Source: an uncultured Bacteroidales bacterium (lineage in GTDB: Bacteria; Bacteroidota; Bacteroidia; Bacteroidales; UBA932). Taken from it: 64,000 nucleotides of DNA. The notes beneath the pieces were generated by a model. The model saw nothing but the letters and a program-made list of their open reading frames with translations, made no database searches and was not told the origin of the DNA. Shown here in pieces: positions 27,598-37,607 of this stretch. Position numbers and translations under genes: made by a program. Positions within the stretch are counted from its first letter, which is position 1, and the number at the start of each line of letters is the position of its first letter. The stretch covers positions 541 to 64,540 of the forward strand of contig CALVAE010000017.1 in NCBI GenBank assembly GCA_944325465.1, written 5' to 3'.

Positions 27598-29090
27598 TGG
27601 AGGGGTCAGTCATAATAATCGGAAGCGGGCTCGGCGGCCTGGAATGCGGCTATATACTTGCAAGGCATGGCATGAAAGTGACCGTACTGGAACAGAGCAA
27701 CCAGACAGGAGGGTGCCTGCAGACTTTCGTGCGTGGGCGGGCGTTGTTCGATACAGGATTCCATTATGTCGGAGGTCTCGGGGACGGAGAGCCTCTGAAT
27801 GTCCTGTTCAGGTATTTCGGGCTGATGGACCTGCCGTGGCGGCAACTTGATCCCGAGTGTTTTGACGAGGTCGTGATAGGGGACAGGTCTTTTCCGTTCG
27901 CCAGCGGGCACGGGATGTTTGCCCGACGCCTTTCCGAACATTTCCCTCATGAGAAGGATGCGATCCGGAAATATACGGAGTTCCTGAAAAAGGTCGGAGA
28001 CCATATATTTGACAGTTTCTCACCGCGGAGTGCGGAAGGATTCTTTTCGGAATCACTTTTTTCAAGGCCGGCATACGGATTCCTGACAGAGACTGTCAAG
28101 GACCCTCTTCTGAGAAAGGTCCTTTCCGGGACTTCGCTGAAGATGGAACTTTCAGCGGATTCCCTGCCGCTGTATGTGTTTGCACAGATAAACGATTCCT
28201 TTATCCGCAGTTCGTGGCGGCTGTGCGGCGGAGGGTCGCAGATTACCGATACGCTGGCTGAAAGTATCCGCAGGATGGGAGGGGAAGTGAGAACGGATGC
28301 GGAAGTGACATCCGTCAGGGTCGAAGGCGGCAGGGTGGCCGGAGTGACAGTGAATGGAGGGGAACCGCTGGATGCGGACTATGTGGTCTCGGATATACAT
28401 CCGGCAGCACTTGTCGCGCTGATCGGGGAGACAAAGGCCGTACGTAAGGTCTACAGGCACAGGATGTCCTCTCTGGAGAATACCTACGGGATGTTTACGG
28501 CCAATATCAGGCTCAAGCCAGGGACTCTGAAGTATGTCAACAGGAACATCCACATGCACGGTTCCGATGCGGATTTGTGGAATCCGCGGCCTGGCAGGAC
28601 TGACAGCATCCTTGTGAACTGGTCCGTTCCGTATGACGGTTCGGATGATGCCATAAGTCTGGACATCCTGACCCCCATGTGGTGGAGCGAAGTCTCGAAG
28701 TGGGCCGGACTGCCTTTCGGGCACAGGGGAGATGATTACGTGCAGTTCAAGAAAGCAAAGACAGAGGAATGTCTCGGTCTGGCGGAACAGCGCATCCCGG
28801 GATTGCGGGATGCCGTTGACAGGATATATACAAGTACCCCGTTGTCATACATGAGTTATCTGAAGGAGCCGGAAGGCTCGGCATACGGGGTGAGGAAGGA
28901 CTGGAGAAGTCCCATGACTACGGTCCTTTCACCGAGGACCCCGTTGCCGGGACTGCTCATGACCGGGCAGAGCCTCAACCTGCATGGAATACTGGGCGTG
29001 ACAATGACTTCTGTGTTTACCTGTGCCGAAATTCTCGGAATGGAAGCCCTCGCGTCCGAAATCCTCGGAACCGACAGGAGCTTTGTCTGA
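27597..29090 (+). CDS. Phytoene desaturase/retinol saturase-like FAD oxidoreductase
   Basis: IIGSGLGGL Rossmann fold, GGCLQTF, FDTGFHYVGG, GQSLNLHGILGV. Confidence 0.88.
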   Translation: MEGSVIIIGSGLGGLECGYILARHGMKVTVLEQSNQTGGCLQTFVRGRALFDTGFHYVGGLGDGEPLNVLFRYFGLMDLPWRQLDPECFDEVVIGDRSFPFASGHGMFARRLSEHFPHEKDAIRKYTEFLKKVGDHIFDSFSPRSAEGFFSESLFSRPAYGFLTETVKDPLLRKVLSGTSLKMELSADSLPLYVFAQINDSFIRSSWRLCGGGSQITDTLAESIRRMGGEVRTDAEVTSVRVEGGRVAGVTVNGGEPLDADYVVSDIHPAALVALIGETKAVRKVYRHRMSSLENTYGMFTANIRLKPGTLKYVNRNIHMHGSDADLWNPRPGRTDSILVNWSVPYDGSDDAISLDILTPMWWSEVSKWAGLPFGHRGDDYVQFKKAKTEECLGLAEQRIPGLRDAVDRIYTSTPLSYMSYLKEPEGSAYGVRKDWRSPMTTVLSPRTPLPGLLMTGQSLNLHGILGVTMTSVFTCAEILGMEALASEILGTDRSFV

Positions 29091-29276
29091 ATAATGGATA
29101 AATTGGAGTTATATATCGAGAAAAACGTAGTTTTTCGGAAAAGTCCTCCCGGAGAGGGAGGATTTGAGGAGGGAGACGCCCCCCGTAGGGGGCTCCGCAG
29201 AGCGGAGGGGGTTGGGATTTTCATATATAATTTCAATACCTTTGAATAGCATAATGGATAAATTGGAATTATATAT
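29091..29276. repeat. Structured multi-hairpin insert flanked by 26-bp direct repeats
   Basis: ataatggataaattgga(g/a)ttatatat at 29091-29116 and 29251-29276; four internal stem-loops. Confidence 0.7.
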
Positions 29277-30006
29277 GAAAAAGTGTGCATTGGTGACCGG
29301 CGGTAGCCGTGGAATAGGCCGGGCAGTCTGCATAAGGCTGGCCGGAATGGGATATCATGTGATAGTGAACTACGTCTCGAATGACGCGGAAGCGCAGAAA
29401 ACGCTTGACCTGATCCGTGAAGCAGGCAGTGACGGGGAACTTCTTAAGTTCGATGTCAGCGACAATGCTGCGGCAGTCTCTGCAATCGAAGGCTGGCAGG
29501 ATGCCAATCCGGATACGTACATAGAGGTCCTTGTGAACAACGCCGGTATCAGGAAGGACAATCTGATGCTCTGGATGGAGCAGGAGGACTGGACAAAGGT
29601 CATAGGCACCAGCCTCAATGCATTCTACAATGTGACCCGTCCTGTCCTCAAACCGATGCTTGTCAGGAAGTACGGACGTATCATCAATATGGCTTCCCTG
29701 TCTGGTCTGAAGGGACTGCCCGGCCAGTGCAACTATTCGGCGGCAAAGGGAGGCTTGATTGCCGCGACCAAGGCCCTTGCCCAGGAAGTGGGGCGCAAAG
29801 GAGTGACAGTCAATGCTGTGGCTCCGGGCTTCGTAAAGACGGATATGGTGGAAGGGTTGGATGAGGCCGAACTGAAGAAGACTATTCCGATGAACCGTTT
29901 CGGCGAACCGGAAGAGGTGGCGGCTCTGGTCGGATTCCTTGCCTCAAAAGAGGCATCATATATTACCGGCGAATGCATTTCAATCAACGGAGGACTCTAT
30001 TCATAA
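29275..30006 (+). CDS. fabG: 3-oxoacyl-ACP reductase
   Basis: TGGSRGIG, NNAG, YSAAK, VNAVAPG; cluster-associated paralogue. Confidence 0.92.
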   Translation: MKKCALVTGGSRGIGRAVCIRLAGMGYHVIVNYVSNDAEAQKTLDLIREAGSDGELLKFDVSDNAAAVSAIEGWQDANPDTYIEVLVNNAGIRKDNLMLWMEQEDWTKVIGTSLNAFYNVTRPVLKPMLVRKYGRIINMASLSGLKGLPGQCNYSAAKGGLIAATKALAQEVGRKGVTVNAVAPGFVKTDMVEGLDEAELKKTIPMNRFGEPEEVAALVGFLASKEASYITGECISINGGLYS

Positions 30007-30017
30007 ATCCCGGTACA

Positions 30018-30644
30018 ATGAGAAGGTATATTTCAGCAGCCATAGCGGCGATAACGGTTTTCGCGGCAGTGCAGACGGTATCGGCCCAGGATGCCTCACT
30101 GGACCGTATCGAGAGGAAGAATACTGCACTGGAGACGATTGAGGCTCATTTCAATCAGACAAGGACCCTCCAGAGCGGGAAGGAAATCGTTTCGGAAGGG
30201 ACATTGTATTTCTCTTCACCGGACAGGATGTCCATGATATATTCCGTGCCTGAATCCGATCTCTTCATCATTGACGGCAAATCCCTTTATATGGCCAGAG
30301 GAAAATCCAGGCAGCTGTATGATACGGAGAAAAACGCCCTCATGCGCAGTCTGAGTTCTACCCTGCTGTACTGCGTCAGGGGACAGTTGCGGACCCTCGC
30401 GCAGGAGAACAATGCGGAAATCAGCGTCGAGGATACTTCCGCAGGATGCAAGGTGACCCTCAATGCCCTGAAGAGAAGCGCCAGGGGCTATTCGCAGATA
30501 GTCCTTCTGTACGACAGGACCACATCCGTGCTTGTAAGGATGGAACTGGTGGAATTCAGCAGGATAAGGACTGTCTACGAAATGTCTGATATCAGGACGG
30601 ATATCACGGTGGACGAGGCCGTATATTCAATCCCGGAACTGTAA
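30018..30644 (+). CDS. LolA-like periplasmic lipid/lipoprotein carrier
   Basis: Signal peptide; AHFNQTR..SEGTLYFSSPDRMSMIY LolA-like strand pattern; cluster context. Confidence 0.78.
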   Translation: MRRYISAAIAAITVFAAVQTVSAQDASLDRIERKNTALETIEAHFNQTRTLQSGKEIVSEGTLYFSSPDRMSMIYSVPESDLFIIDGKSLYMARGKSRQLYDTEKNALMRSLSSTLLYCVRGQLRTLAQENNAEISVEDTSAGCKVTLNALKRSARGYSQIVLLYDRTTSVLVRMELVEFSRIRTVYEMSDIRTDITVDEAVYSIPEL

Positions 30645-30670
30645 TCGTATTCATTATAACCAGTTAAGTC

Positions 30671-31840
30671 ATGAAAGGAAAGTTTGCAATTCTTGTGTCT
30701 GTCCTCTTCTGTGTGTCCGCATCGTATGTCCGTGCGGACGGATCGGACATTGTGGCCGGTCCATGGCTGCAGAATGTTACGGAGACGGAATTTACCGTTA
30801 TGTGGATGACGGAAGGCAAGTGCCTGTCCTGGATAGAAATCGCGCCTGATGACGGAACCCCGTTCGAAGCCTCGGAGCGTCAGGATGTCTATCGGAGTGT
30901 GGCGGGGAAAAGATGGACAGGGACATCCCATGCCGTCAGGGTCACGGGGCTTGAGCCGGGAGAGTCATACCGGTACAGGATTCTGGTACGGGAGGTCGTT
31001 GATGACAGCAATCCGTACGGAAGCCTTTACGGAAAGGAATACACTTCATCCAAAAGAGGTACGGTGACCACTATGGATTATTCGGCTGGAGAATGCCGGT
31101 TTTCCATGGTGAATGACATGCACGACAGAAAGGACCTGTACCGTGATCTGACCGCTCCGATGTCGGATTCGGATCCGGATTTCCTGTTGCTTAACGGAGA
31201 TATCGTTTCGTATGCCACATCGATAGATACGGTCATAAACCATACGTTCGACCCTATCAGGGAACTTGCGGCTGATATTCCCGTGGTATTCGCACGGGGG
31301 AACCACGAAGGACGCGGTGCGGATTCCTACAAGGTTGCCGACCTTTTCAGAACCCCCACGGGCGAATTCTATTACCTTTTCAGGCAAGGTCCCGTGGCTT
31401 TTGTTGTCCTGGACGGAGGCGAGGACAAGCCTGACAGCAGTGTGGAATATTCCGGCCTGGCAGATTATGATGCCTACCGGGAAGCGGAACTCGCATGGCT
31501 GGCTGAAGCGGTAAAGGACCCTTTGTTTGCCGGAGCGCCGGTCAAGGTCGCGGTCTGCCATATCCCGACCCTCAGATTCCCCGACAGTTGGTATTCCCAG
31601 ATATGGATCAATGAAAAGTTCAATCCGATATTGAATTCGGCAGGCGTGGATCTTATGCTGAGCGGCCATCATCACCGTCATTTTCTCGTGGAGGCAGGGG
31701 AGTGCGGCAATGATTTCCCGATACTTGCAAACAGCAATACCGAGCGCCTCGATTTCGTTTCCGACGGCAGTCAGATCAGTATCGGAATCCATGACAGGGA
31801 TAATGAATTGACCCATACATACACTTTCAGTCTGCAGTAG
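30671..31840 (+). CDS. Purple acid phosphatase-like metallophosphoesterase with FN3 domain
   Basis: GPWLQ, HAVRVTGLEPG, NDMH, NGD, RGNHE, SGHHH. Confidence 0.87.
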   Translation: MKGKFAILVSVLFCVSASYVRADGSDIVAGPWLQNVTETEFTVMWMTEGKCLSWIEIAPDDGTPFEASERQDVYRSVAGKRWTGTSHAVRVTGLEPGESYRYRILVREVVDDSNPYGSLYGKEYTSSKRGTVTTMDYSAGECRFSMVNDMHDRKDLYRDLTAPMSDSDPDFLLLNGDIVSYATSIDTVINHTFDPIRELAADIPVVFARGNHEGRGADSYKVADLFRTPTGEFYYLFRQGPVAFVVLDGGEDKPDSSVEYSGLADYDAYREAELAWLAEAVKDPLFAGAPVKVAVCHIPTLRFPDSWYSQIWINEKFNPILNSAGVDLMLSGHHHRHFLVEAGECGNDFPILANSNTERLDFVSDGSQISIGIHDRDNELTHTYTFSLQ

Positions 31841-31971
31841 ATTATGCCGTGTCCGTTGTCATCCCTATAAATAATGATATGAGGGATATCCTATTTTAAC
31901 TATATTTGCCCCGCTTTTTGCCGGCATGAACCGGAGCCGGGAAGAACAGATCAGTTAGAATAAGGTTGTCT

Positions 31972-34455
31972 ATGAAATTGTCTGAACTTAAGACTGGGGA
32001 AAGGGCAGTGGTCGTGAAGGTCTATGGCCACGGGAGTTTCCGCAAAAGAATCACTGAAATGGGATTCGTAAAGGGCAAGACCGTGACGGTAGTGCTCAAT
32101 GCCCCTTTGAAGGACCCTATAGAGTATGAAATAATCGGCTACAAGATATCCCTGCGCCGCGAAGAGGCAGAGCAGATCGAGGTCATCGGCGAGAGCGAGG
32201 CAAAGGAACAGTCTGTCTCTGCCGGCAGTGCGGGGGCTGTCTCGGAGGCATCCTGTGATGATGTGGCATATCTTGACCAGAGGATGAAGGCCCTGGCGGA
32301 AGAGAGGAACAGGATAATCCGTGTGGCTCTGGTGGGCAATCCGAACTGCGGCAAGACATCCCTTTTCAATATCGCTTCCGGAAGCCACGAGCATGTGGGG
32401 AACTATAGCGGGGTGACAGTGGATGCGAAGGAAGGCCGGTTCGAACACGGCGGGTACAGTTTCATCCTGGTGGACCTGCCTGGAACCTATTCGCTTTCGG
32501 CGTACAGCCCGGAAGAACTGTATGTCAGGAAAAACCTTATAGATGAAATGCCGGATGTGGTGGTGAATGTGGTGGATGCATCCAATCTTGAGAGGAATCT
32601 CTACCTTACCGCACAACTCATCGATATGAACCTCAGGATGGTGATGGCCCTGAACATGTATGACGAACTTCAGTCGAAAGGCGACCGGCTCGACATAATG
32701 ACCCTGGGACATCTGCTCGGAATGCCGATAGTCCCTACAATCAGCCGCAACGGACAGGGGATAGACGAACTCTTCGATACCGTCATCAGGATCTACGAAG
32801 GCAATGACCCGAAACTCGGACGCCATCTTCATATAAACCACGGTCAGGAGATAGAGGTAAGCATCGACCATATCAAGCATCTTATCCAGAAGAACAGCGA
32901 TATCAGGTACAAGTATTCCACCAGATATCTTGCGATCAAATATCTGGAGAATGACAAGGACATAGAAAAGGTCATAGAGGACCTTCCGAACAGGAATGAG
33001 ATCATTGCGGCGAGGGTAGAGGAGCAGAAGAGGGTGGAATCGCTAATGCATGCGTCGATAGAATCAGCGATAGTGGATGCGAAATATGCATTCATAACGG
33101 GAGCGCTGAAAGAGACCTGGCAGCCCGGGACACCGAAGAAGAAAGGACGCAGAAGCCTGACTGACAGGATAGATGCCGTGGTTACGAACAAATGGCTGGC
33201 GTTCCCGATATTTTTCGTGCTCCTGTATCTCGTGTTCCAGTTCACCTTCACTCTCGGGGATTATCCCATGCAGTGGATAGAGTGGCTGGTGGAGAAATTC
33301 GGGGAATTCGTGGGAACGTATATGGCTCCCGGATGGTGGAAGGATATGGTGGTGGACGGCATAATAGGAGGTGTCGGAAGTGTGCTGGTGTTCCTTCCGA
33401 ACATTCTGTTCCTTTATCTGTTCATCTCCCTGCTTGAGGATTCGGGGTATATGGCCCGTGCGGCATTCATCATGGACAAACTGATGCACAAGATGGGACT
33501 GCACGGGAAGTCGTTCATCCCGATGATAATGGGTTTCGGCTGCAATGTGCCTGCAGTGATGGCCACCAGGTCCATAGAGAGCCGCAAGAGCAGGCTGATC
33601 ACGATTCTGGTCATCCCTTTCATGTCCTGTGCAGGAAGACTTCCGGTCTATATCCTGATTGCAGGGGCATTCTTTCCTCATAATGCCGGACTTGTCCTGC
33701 TCGGGCTTTATGCTCTCGGAATCGTGCTTGCGGTGCTTTCCGCCAGACTGTTCAGCCATTTCGTGAAGGATGACGACCTTCCTTTTGTCATGGAACTGCC
33801 TCCGTACAGGATCCCTACAGCCAAGTCCGTGTTCAGGCATACTTGGGAGAAGGGCAAGCAGTATCTGCAGAAGATGGCCGGAACGATCCTGATATGTTCC
33901 ATCATTATCTGGGCTCTGGGGTATTTCCCTCATCACGACAGATATGCATCGGCTGCCATGCAACAGGAAAATTCATATATCGGATATGTAGGCAAGGCTA
34001 TCGAACCGGTGCTGGAACCTCTCGGGTTTGACTGGAAAATGGGTGTCGGCATCATTGCCGGAGTCGGAGCGAAGGAACTTGTAGTCAGTACGCTTGGAGT
34101 GATGTACAATGTCGGTTCGGAAAGTGCTGCCGAGCCTGATGGTTCCGGAGTCCTGACCGAAGGAGGAGCAGCTGATGGGAACACTGAGGCGGAGGAAGTC
34201 CTTCAGCCCTCACCGGATGCCGTTGAAGTGGATGGAGACACGGCATTGCAACGGGCCCTGCAAAGAACGACTTCGCCGGCTGCAGCCCTTGCGTATATGG
34301 TCTTTGTATTGCTTTATTTCCCTTGTATTGCCACCTTTGTCGCAATAAAGAATGAAGCGGGAGGCTGGAAATGGGCCATCGCGACCGCTGTCTATACGAT
34401 TCTGGTAGCCTGGGTGGTCGCATTCATCACCTACCGGATAGCCCTGCTGTTCTGA
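31972..34455 (+). CDS. feoB: Ferrous iron transporter FeoB with fused N-terminal FeoA domain
   Basis: FeoA (RKRITEMGF..APLKDP..ISLRREEA), GNPNCGKT, DLPG, NMYD, GFGCNVPA, FVMELPPY; TATATTTG promoter element at 31901-31908. Confidence 0.96.
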   Translation: MKLSELKTGERAVVVKVYGHGSFRKRITEMGFVKGKTVTVVLNAPLKDPIEYEIIGYKISLRREEAEQIEVIGESEAKEQSVSAGSAGAVSEASCDDVAYLDQRMKALAEERNRIIRVALVGNPNCGKTSLFNIASGSHEHVGNYSGVTVDAKEGRFEHGGYSFILVDLPGTYSLSAYSPEELYVRKNLIDEMPDVVVNVVDASNLERNLYLTAQLIDMNLRMVMALNMYDELQSKGDRLDIMTLGHLLGMPIVPTISRNGQGIDELFDTVIRIYEGNDPKLGRHLHINHGQEIEVSIDHIKHLIQKNSDIRYKYSTRYLAIKYLENDKDIEKVIEDLPNRNEIIAARVEEQKRVESLMHASIESAIVDAKYAFITGALKETWQPGTPKKKGRRSLTDRIDAVVTNKWLAFPIFFVLLYLVFQFTFTLGDYPMQWIEWLVEKFGEFVGTYMAPGWWKDMVVDGIIGGVGSVLVFLPNILFLYLFISLLEDSGYMARAAFIMDKLMHKMGLHGKSFIPMIMGFGCNVPAVMATRSIESRKSRLITILVIPFMSCAGRLPVYILIAGAFFPHNAGLVLLGLYALGIVLAVLSARLFSHFVKDDDLPFVMELPPYRIPTAKSVFRHTWEKGKQYLQKMAGTILICSIIIWALGYFPHHDRYASAAMQQENSYIGYVGKAIEPVLEPLGFDWKMGVGIIAGVGAKELVVSTLGVMYNVGSESAAEPDGSGVLTEGGAADGNTEAEEVLQPSPDAVEVDGDTALQRALQRTTSPAAALAYMVFVLLYFPCIATFVAIKNEAGGWKWAIATAVYTILVAWVVAFITYRIALLF

Positions 34456-34480
34456 TGCCGGCATACTTGTCCCTGGCGGT

Positions 34481-36025
34481 TTATTCCACGATCCAGCGGT
34501 CGATGTTCCGGGTATCTGAACTGAAGTTTACCCCGATACGGAAGACCTTGCGGGAGTCTGCTGCGAACGGGAGGGCGTACTGCTTTTCCTCAATCTGCTG
34601 CAGGGCCTGCTCCGCCGAGCCGTCGAGTTTGAACTCCATGACATACACATAGTCAGCGGTCTGCACGACCATGTCTATCCTTCCCCGGGAGGTGTGGTAT
34701 TCCACCTGCGTGTACAGCCCGGCCAGACGGAATACTATGAACAGCACGTTCTGGTAGTGGAGTTCCACGTCCCTTGCCATCTCGTACGGGCAGTCGGAGA
34801 GGAAACTCTGCAACCTCTTCATGAAGCCGTCAATGTCACCTTTCTCCACGTCATCCACGAAGCGTTTGATCTCGAAGCCGGACTTGCCCATATTCGACTT
34901 GGCGTAATATGGCATCAGGAATCTCAAGAACCCTTCCTCGACCTCCCTGTTCGGAAATCCGAGAGTGTACAGGTCGAATCTCCTGTTGTATTTCTTGATG
35001 GTGAGATACCCGCTCTGATAGATGACCGGGATAGGGTTGTTGCCGGTGAAGATGCTGTCGAGGGTCTCGGTGTCGGTCTCCTCCCGTGACATCTGCTCGA
35101 GGTCATAGTCGCTTTTCTTGAGGAGTTCGACAAGATATGTCGGAGTCCCTGTCTCGAACCAGTAACTGCCGTATCTTCCTTTTGCAAATGTGTTGAGCAG
35201 GCTGAACGGGTTGTATATCCCCGGGGAATCCGGGCAGAAATGGTATCCGTCATAGTCCTCCTTCAATTGGGCACATGCCTCTTCGTATGTCTGTCCGTTC
35301 GTCTCGGCCAAGGCCCTGATGTCCTCGTCGAAGTCGCGTAACAGTTCCTCTTCGCTGATTCCGCAGATATCAGTGTATCTTTCATCCATGGAGATATCCA
35401 TGAGATTATTGAGGTCGCTGAATACGCTGACCTTTCCGAATTTGGTGACTCCGGTCAGGAGGGCGAACCGGATGTATCCGTCCATTGTCTTCAGGACTCC
35501 GTAGAAAGCCTTGAGAATTGCCTTGTATTCGTCCTGGAGTTCCTCGTTCCCGATAGCCTGCAGCAGCGGCTTGTCATATTCGTCTATCAAAATCACGACC
35601 CTTTCCCCTGTCTTGTCCTGCATGTTGCGGATAAGGCTTACGAATCTGTCATCTATGGTCTCATCCGTTTCCACCTTGCCATATTCAGCCTCATATACGA
35701 GCAGTTGACGGTCTATGAGTCGTATCAGGTCCTGTGGCCCGTCAAACTTCTTGGCGTTGAGGTCAAGATGGATTATCGGATACTTTTTCCATTCCTTTTC
35801 GAGGGAGGCTACGGCGAGTCCGTCGAAGAGTTCCCGTTTCCCCTGGAAATATGCCTCGATGGTACTGATGAGGAGGCTCTTGCCGAAACGACGTGGTCTG
35901 CTGAGGAAATAATACCTTCCGGTTGTGACTAGCCGATACATCAAAGCCGTCTTGTCCACATAGAAGAACCCGTCCTTGCGCAGGCTCTCGAAATTCTGTA
36001 TGCCTACAGGGTATAACTTTCCCAT
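34481..36025 (-). CDS. AAA-ATPase-like protein with PD-(D/E)XK_9 nuclease domain
   Basis: YPVGIQNF, SRPRRFGKS, LIDEYDKP, YNPFS, GRIDM..MEFK..ALQQIEEKQY. Confidence 0.92.
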   Translation of the reverse strand: MGKLYPVGIQNFESLRKDGFFYVDKTALMYRLVTTGRYYFLSRPRRFGKSLLISTIEAYFQGKRELFDGLAVASLEKEWKKYPIIHLDLNAKKFDGPQDLIRLIDRQLLVYEAEYGKVETDETIDDRFVSLIRNMQDKTGERVVILIDEYDKPLLQAIGNEELQDEYKAILKAFYGVLKTMDGYIRFALLTGVTKFGKVSVFSDLNNLMDISMDERYTDICGISEEELLRDFDEDIRALAETNGQTYEEACAQLKEDYDGYHFCPDSPGIYNPFSLLNTFAKGRYGSYWFETGTPTYLVELLKKSDYDLEQMSREETDTETLDSIFTGNNPIPVIYQSGYLTIKKYNRRFDLYTLGFPNREVEEGFLRFLMPYYAKSNMGKSGFEIKRFVDDVEKGDIDGFMKRLQSFLSDCPYEMARDVELHYQNVLFIVFRLAGLYTQVEYHTSRGRIDMVVQTADYVYVMEFKLDGSAEQALQQIEEKQYALPFAADSRKVFRIGVNFSSDTRNIDRWIVE

Positions 36026-36109
36026 ATCCCGGATGTTTTATGACATTTATGCAAAAATAACTGATTGCAGTTATTTTTCAAATAGATGATTCTGTCGGAC
36101 CTTTACCGT

Positions 36110-37429
36110 TCAGGAGTATTTCCGAGGGTAGCGGATGAGTATGGCGATGACCGAGATTATGCCCAGAGCCGCAGGATAGTAGAGGTACGGAATGATATCC
36201 ATGGTGGAGACGGAAGCCAGCCCAGAAGCCATCAGCAGTTGTGCCCCGTAAGGAAGAAAGCCCTGGACAACGCATGAAAACGTGTCAAGGATGCTGGCGC
36301 TCTTCCTCAGGTCTATCCCGAATCTTGTGGAAATGTCCCTGGCCATGCTGCCTGTGGTAATGATGGCGATGGTGTTGTTGGCGGTACACAGGTTGGCGAG
36401 ACTGACCAGTGCAGCAATGCTCAGTTCCGCTCCGCGCTTCCCTTTGATGTGCCGCGTCAGCAGTCCGATGATGAAGTCTATTCCTCCGTTATGCCGGATA
36501 AGTTCCAGCATTCCGCCTGCGAGCATCGTCACGATTATCAGTTCGCCCATGCTGCCGATTCCGTCCCCAATCGCACCGAGCCATCCTGTCCATGTCAGGG
36601 ATCCGTCAATGAATCCGATGACCGCATTTGCCAGAATGCCGATAGCCAGAGTCAGCAGTACATTGATGCCCGATACTGCAAGGATGATTATCAGAATATA
36701 CGGTATGAGTCTGTACCATTGGATGGCCTGAACTGCCGGAACTGTCTCTGTTCCCTGTCCGATGATGATATAGATGACGGTCACTATTATCGCGGCAGGT
36801 GCCGCCAGCAGAATGTTTACCTTGAATTTATCCTGCATGGAGCAACCCTGCGTGCGGGTTGATGCAATGGTCGTGTCTGAAATGAACGACAGATTGTCCC
36901 CGAAGAATGCCCCTCCTGTCACGATTGCCGCCATAAAGCCTGTCGGAACACCTGTCTCGGCCGCCAGTCCGGCAGTTATGGGGACAAGGGCCACGATGGT
37001 GCCGACACTGGTGCCGATGGACATTGAAATGAAGCAGGAAGCGAGGAACAGTCCCGCATACAGCAGGTTCCCCGGAAGGACCTTCAATGTGAGATCCACC
37101 GTTGCCTCGATTGCTCCTATTTCCTTTGCCGTGCCAGCGAACGCTCCGGCAAGGACGAATATCCATATCATCAGAAGCACATTCCTGTCTCCGGCACCTT
37201 TCGAGAAGATGGATATCCTGTCCTCCAGCCCCTTTCTGTCCGTGGTGATTGCGATGGCGTAGCAGGATGCTATCAGAAAGGCCGAAGCGATGGGGATGCT
37301 GTAGAAATCTTTTGCCAGGATGGACGATACAAGATACACCACCAGGAAGACGGCCAGCGGGCTTAATGCCAGCCATCCGCTCATTTTCCTGCCATGCAGG
37401 TCCTTTGTCCTGTCCTGAAAAGTCTCCAT
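36110..37429 (-). CDS. Na+/H+ antiporter NhaC-family transporter (possibly an amino-acid transporter)
   Basis: GTSVGT, GAFFGDNLSFISDTTI, ANNTIAI, PYGAQ; start position uncertain. Confidence 0.85.
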   Translation of the reverse strand: METFQDRTKDLHGRKMSGWLALSPLAVFLVVYLVSSILAKDFYSIPIASAFLIASCYAIAITTDRKGLEDRISIFSKGAGDRNVLLMIWIFVLAGAFAGTAKEIGAIEATVDLTLKVLPGNLLYAGLFLASCFISMSIGTSVGTIVALVPITAGLAAETGVPTGFMAAIVTGGAFFGDNLSFISDTTIASTRTQGCSMQDKFKVNILLAAPAAIIVTVIYIIIGQGTETVPAVQAIQWYRLIPYILIIILAVSGINVLLTLAIGILANAVIGFIDGSLTWTGWLGAIGDGIGSMGELIIVTMLAGGMLELIRHNGGIDFIIGLLTRHIKGKRGAELSIAALVSLANLCTANNTIAIITTGSMARDISTRFGIDLRKSASILDTFSCVVQGFLPYGAQLLMASGLASVSTMDIIPYLYYPAALGIISVIAILIRYPRKYS

Positions 37430-37576
37430 TATCCAAGGGTTCTTTCTGCCTGAATGTATCATGGCGGTGCAAATGTAGCCATTTTCACCGGAAGTATTCC
37501 TGACCTAACCATAAATCATTTGCCCAGAACCGGAAATTACCAATTTTTAGGGATTGCCCTCACGGCGGCTTCACCG

Positions 37577-37584
37577 TACTTTTG
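37577..37584 (+). promoter_or_regulatory. -7 promoter element (TACTTTTG) of the porin-imelysin operon
   Basis: TAnnTTTG 23 nt upstream of the ATG at 37608. Confidence 0.6.
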
Positions 37585-37607
37585 CATCCCGAAAAAGAGA
37601 GACAGAA

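Noticed and set aside
29164-29274. N-terminal extension of FabG in the ORF track
   Set aside because: It derives from the repeat insert; the SDR fold starts at MKKCALVTGG (29275)
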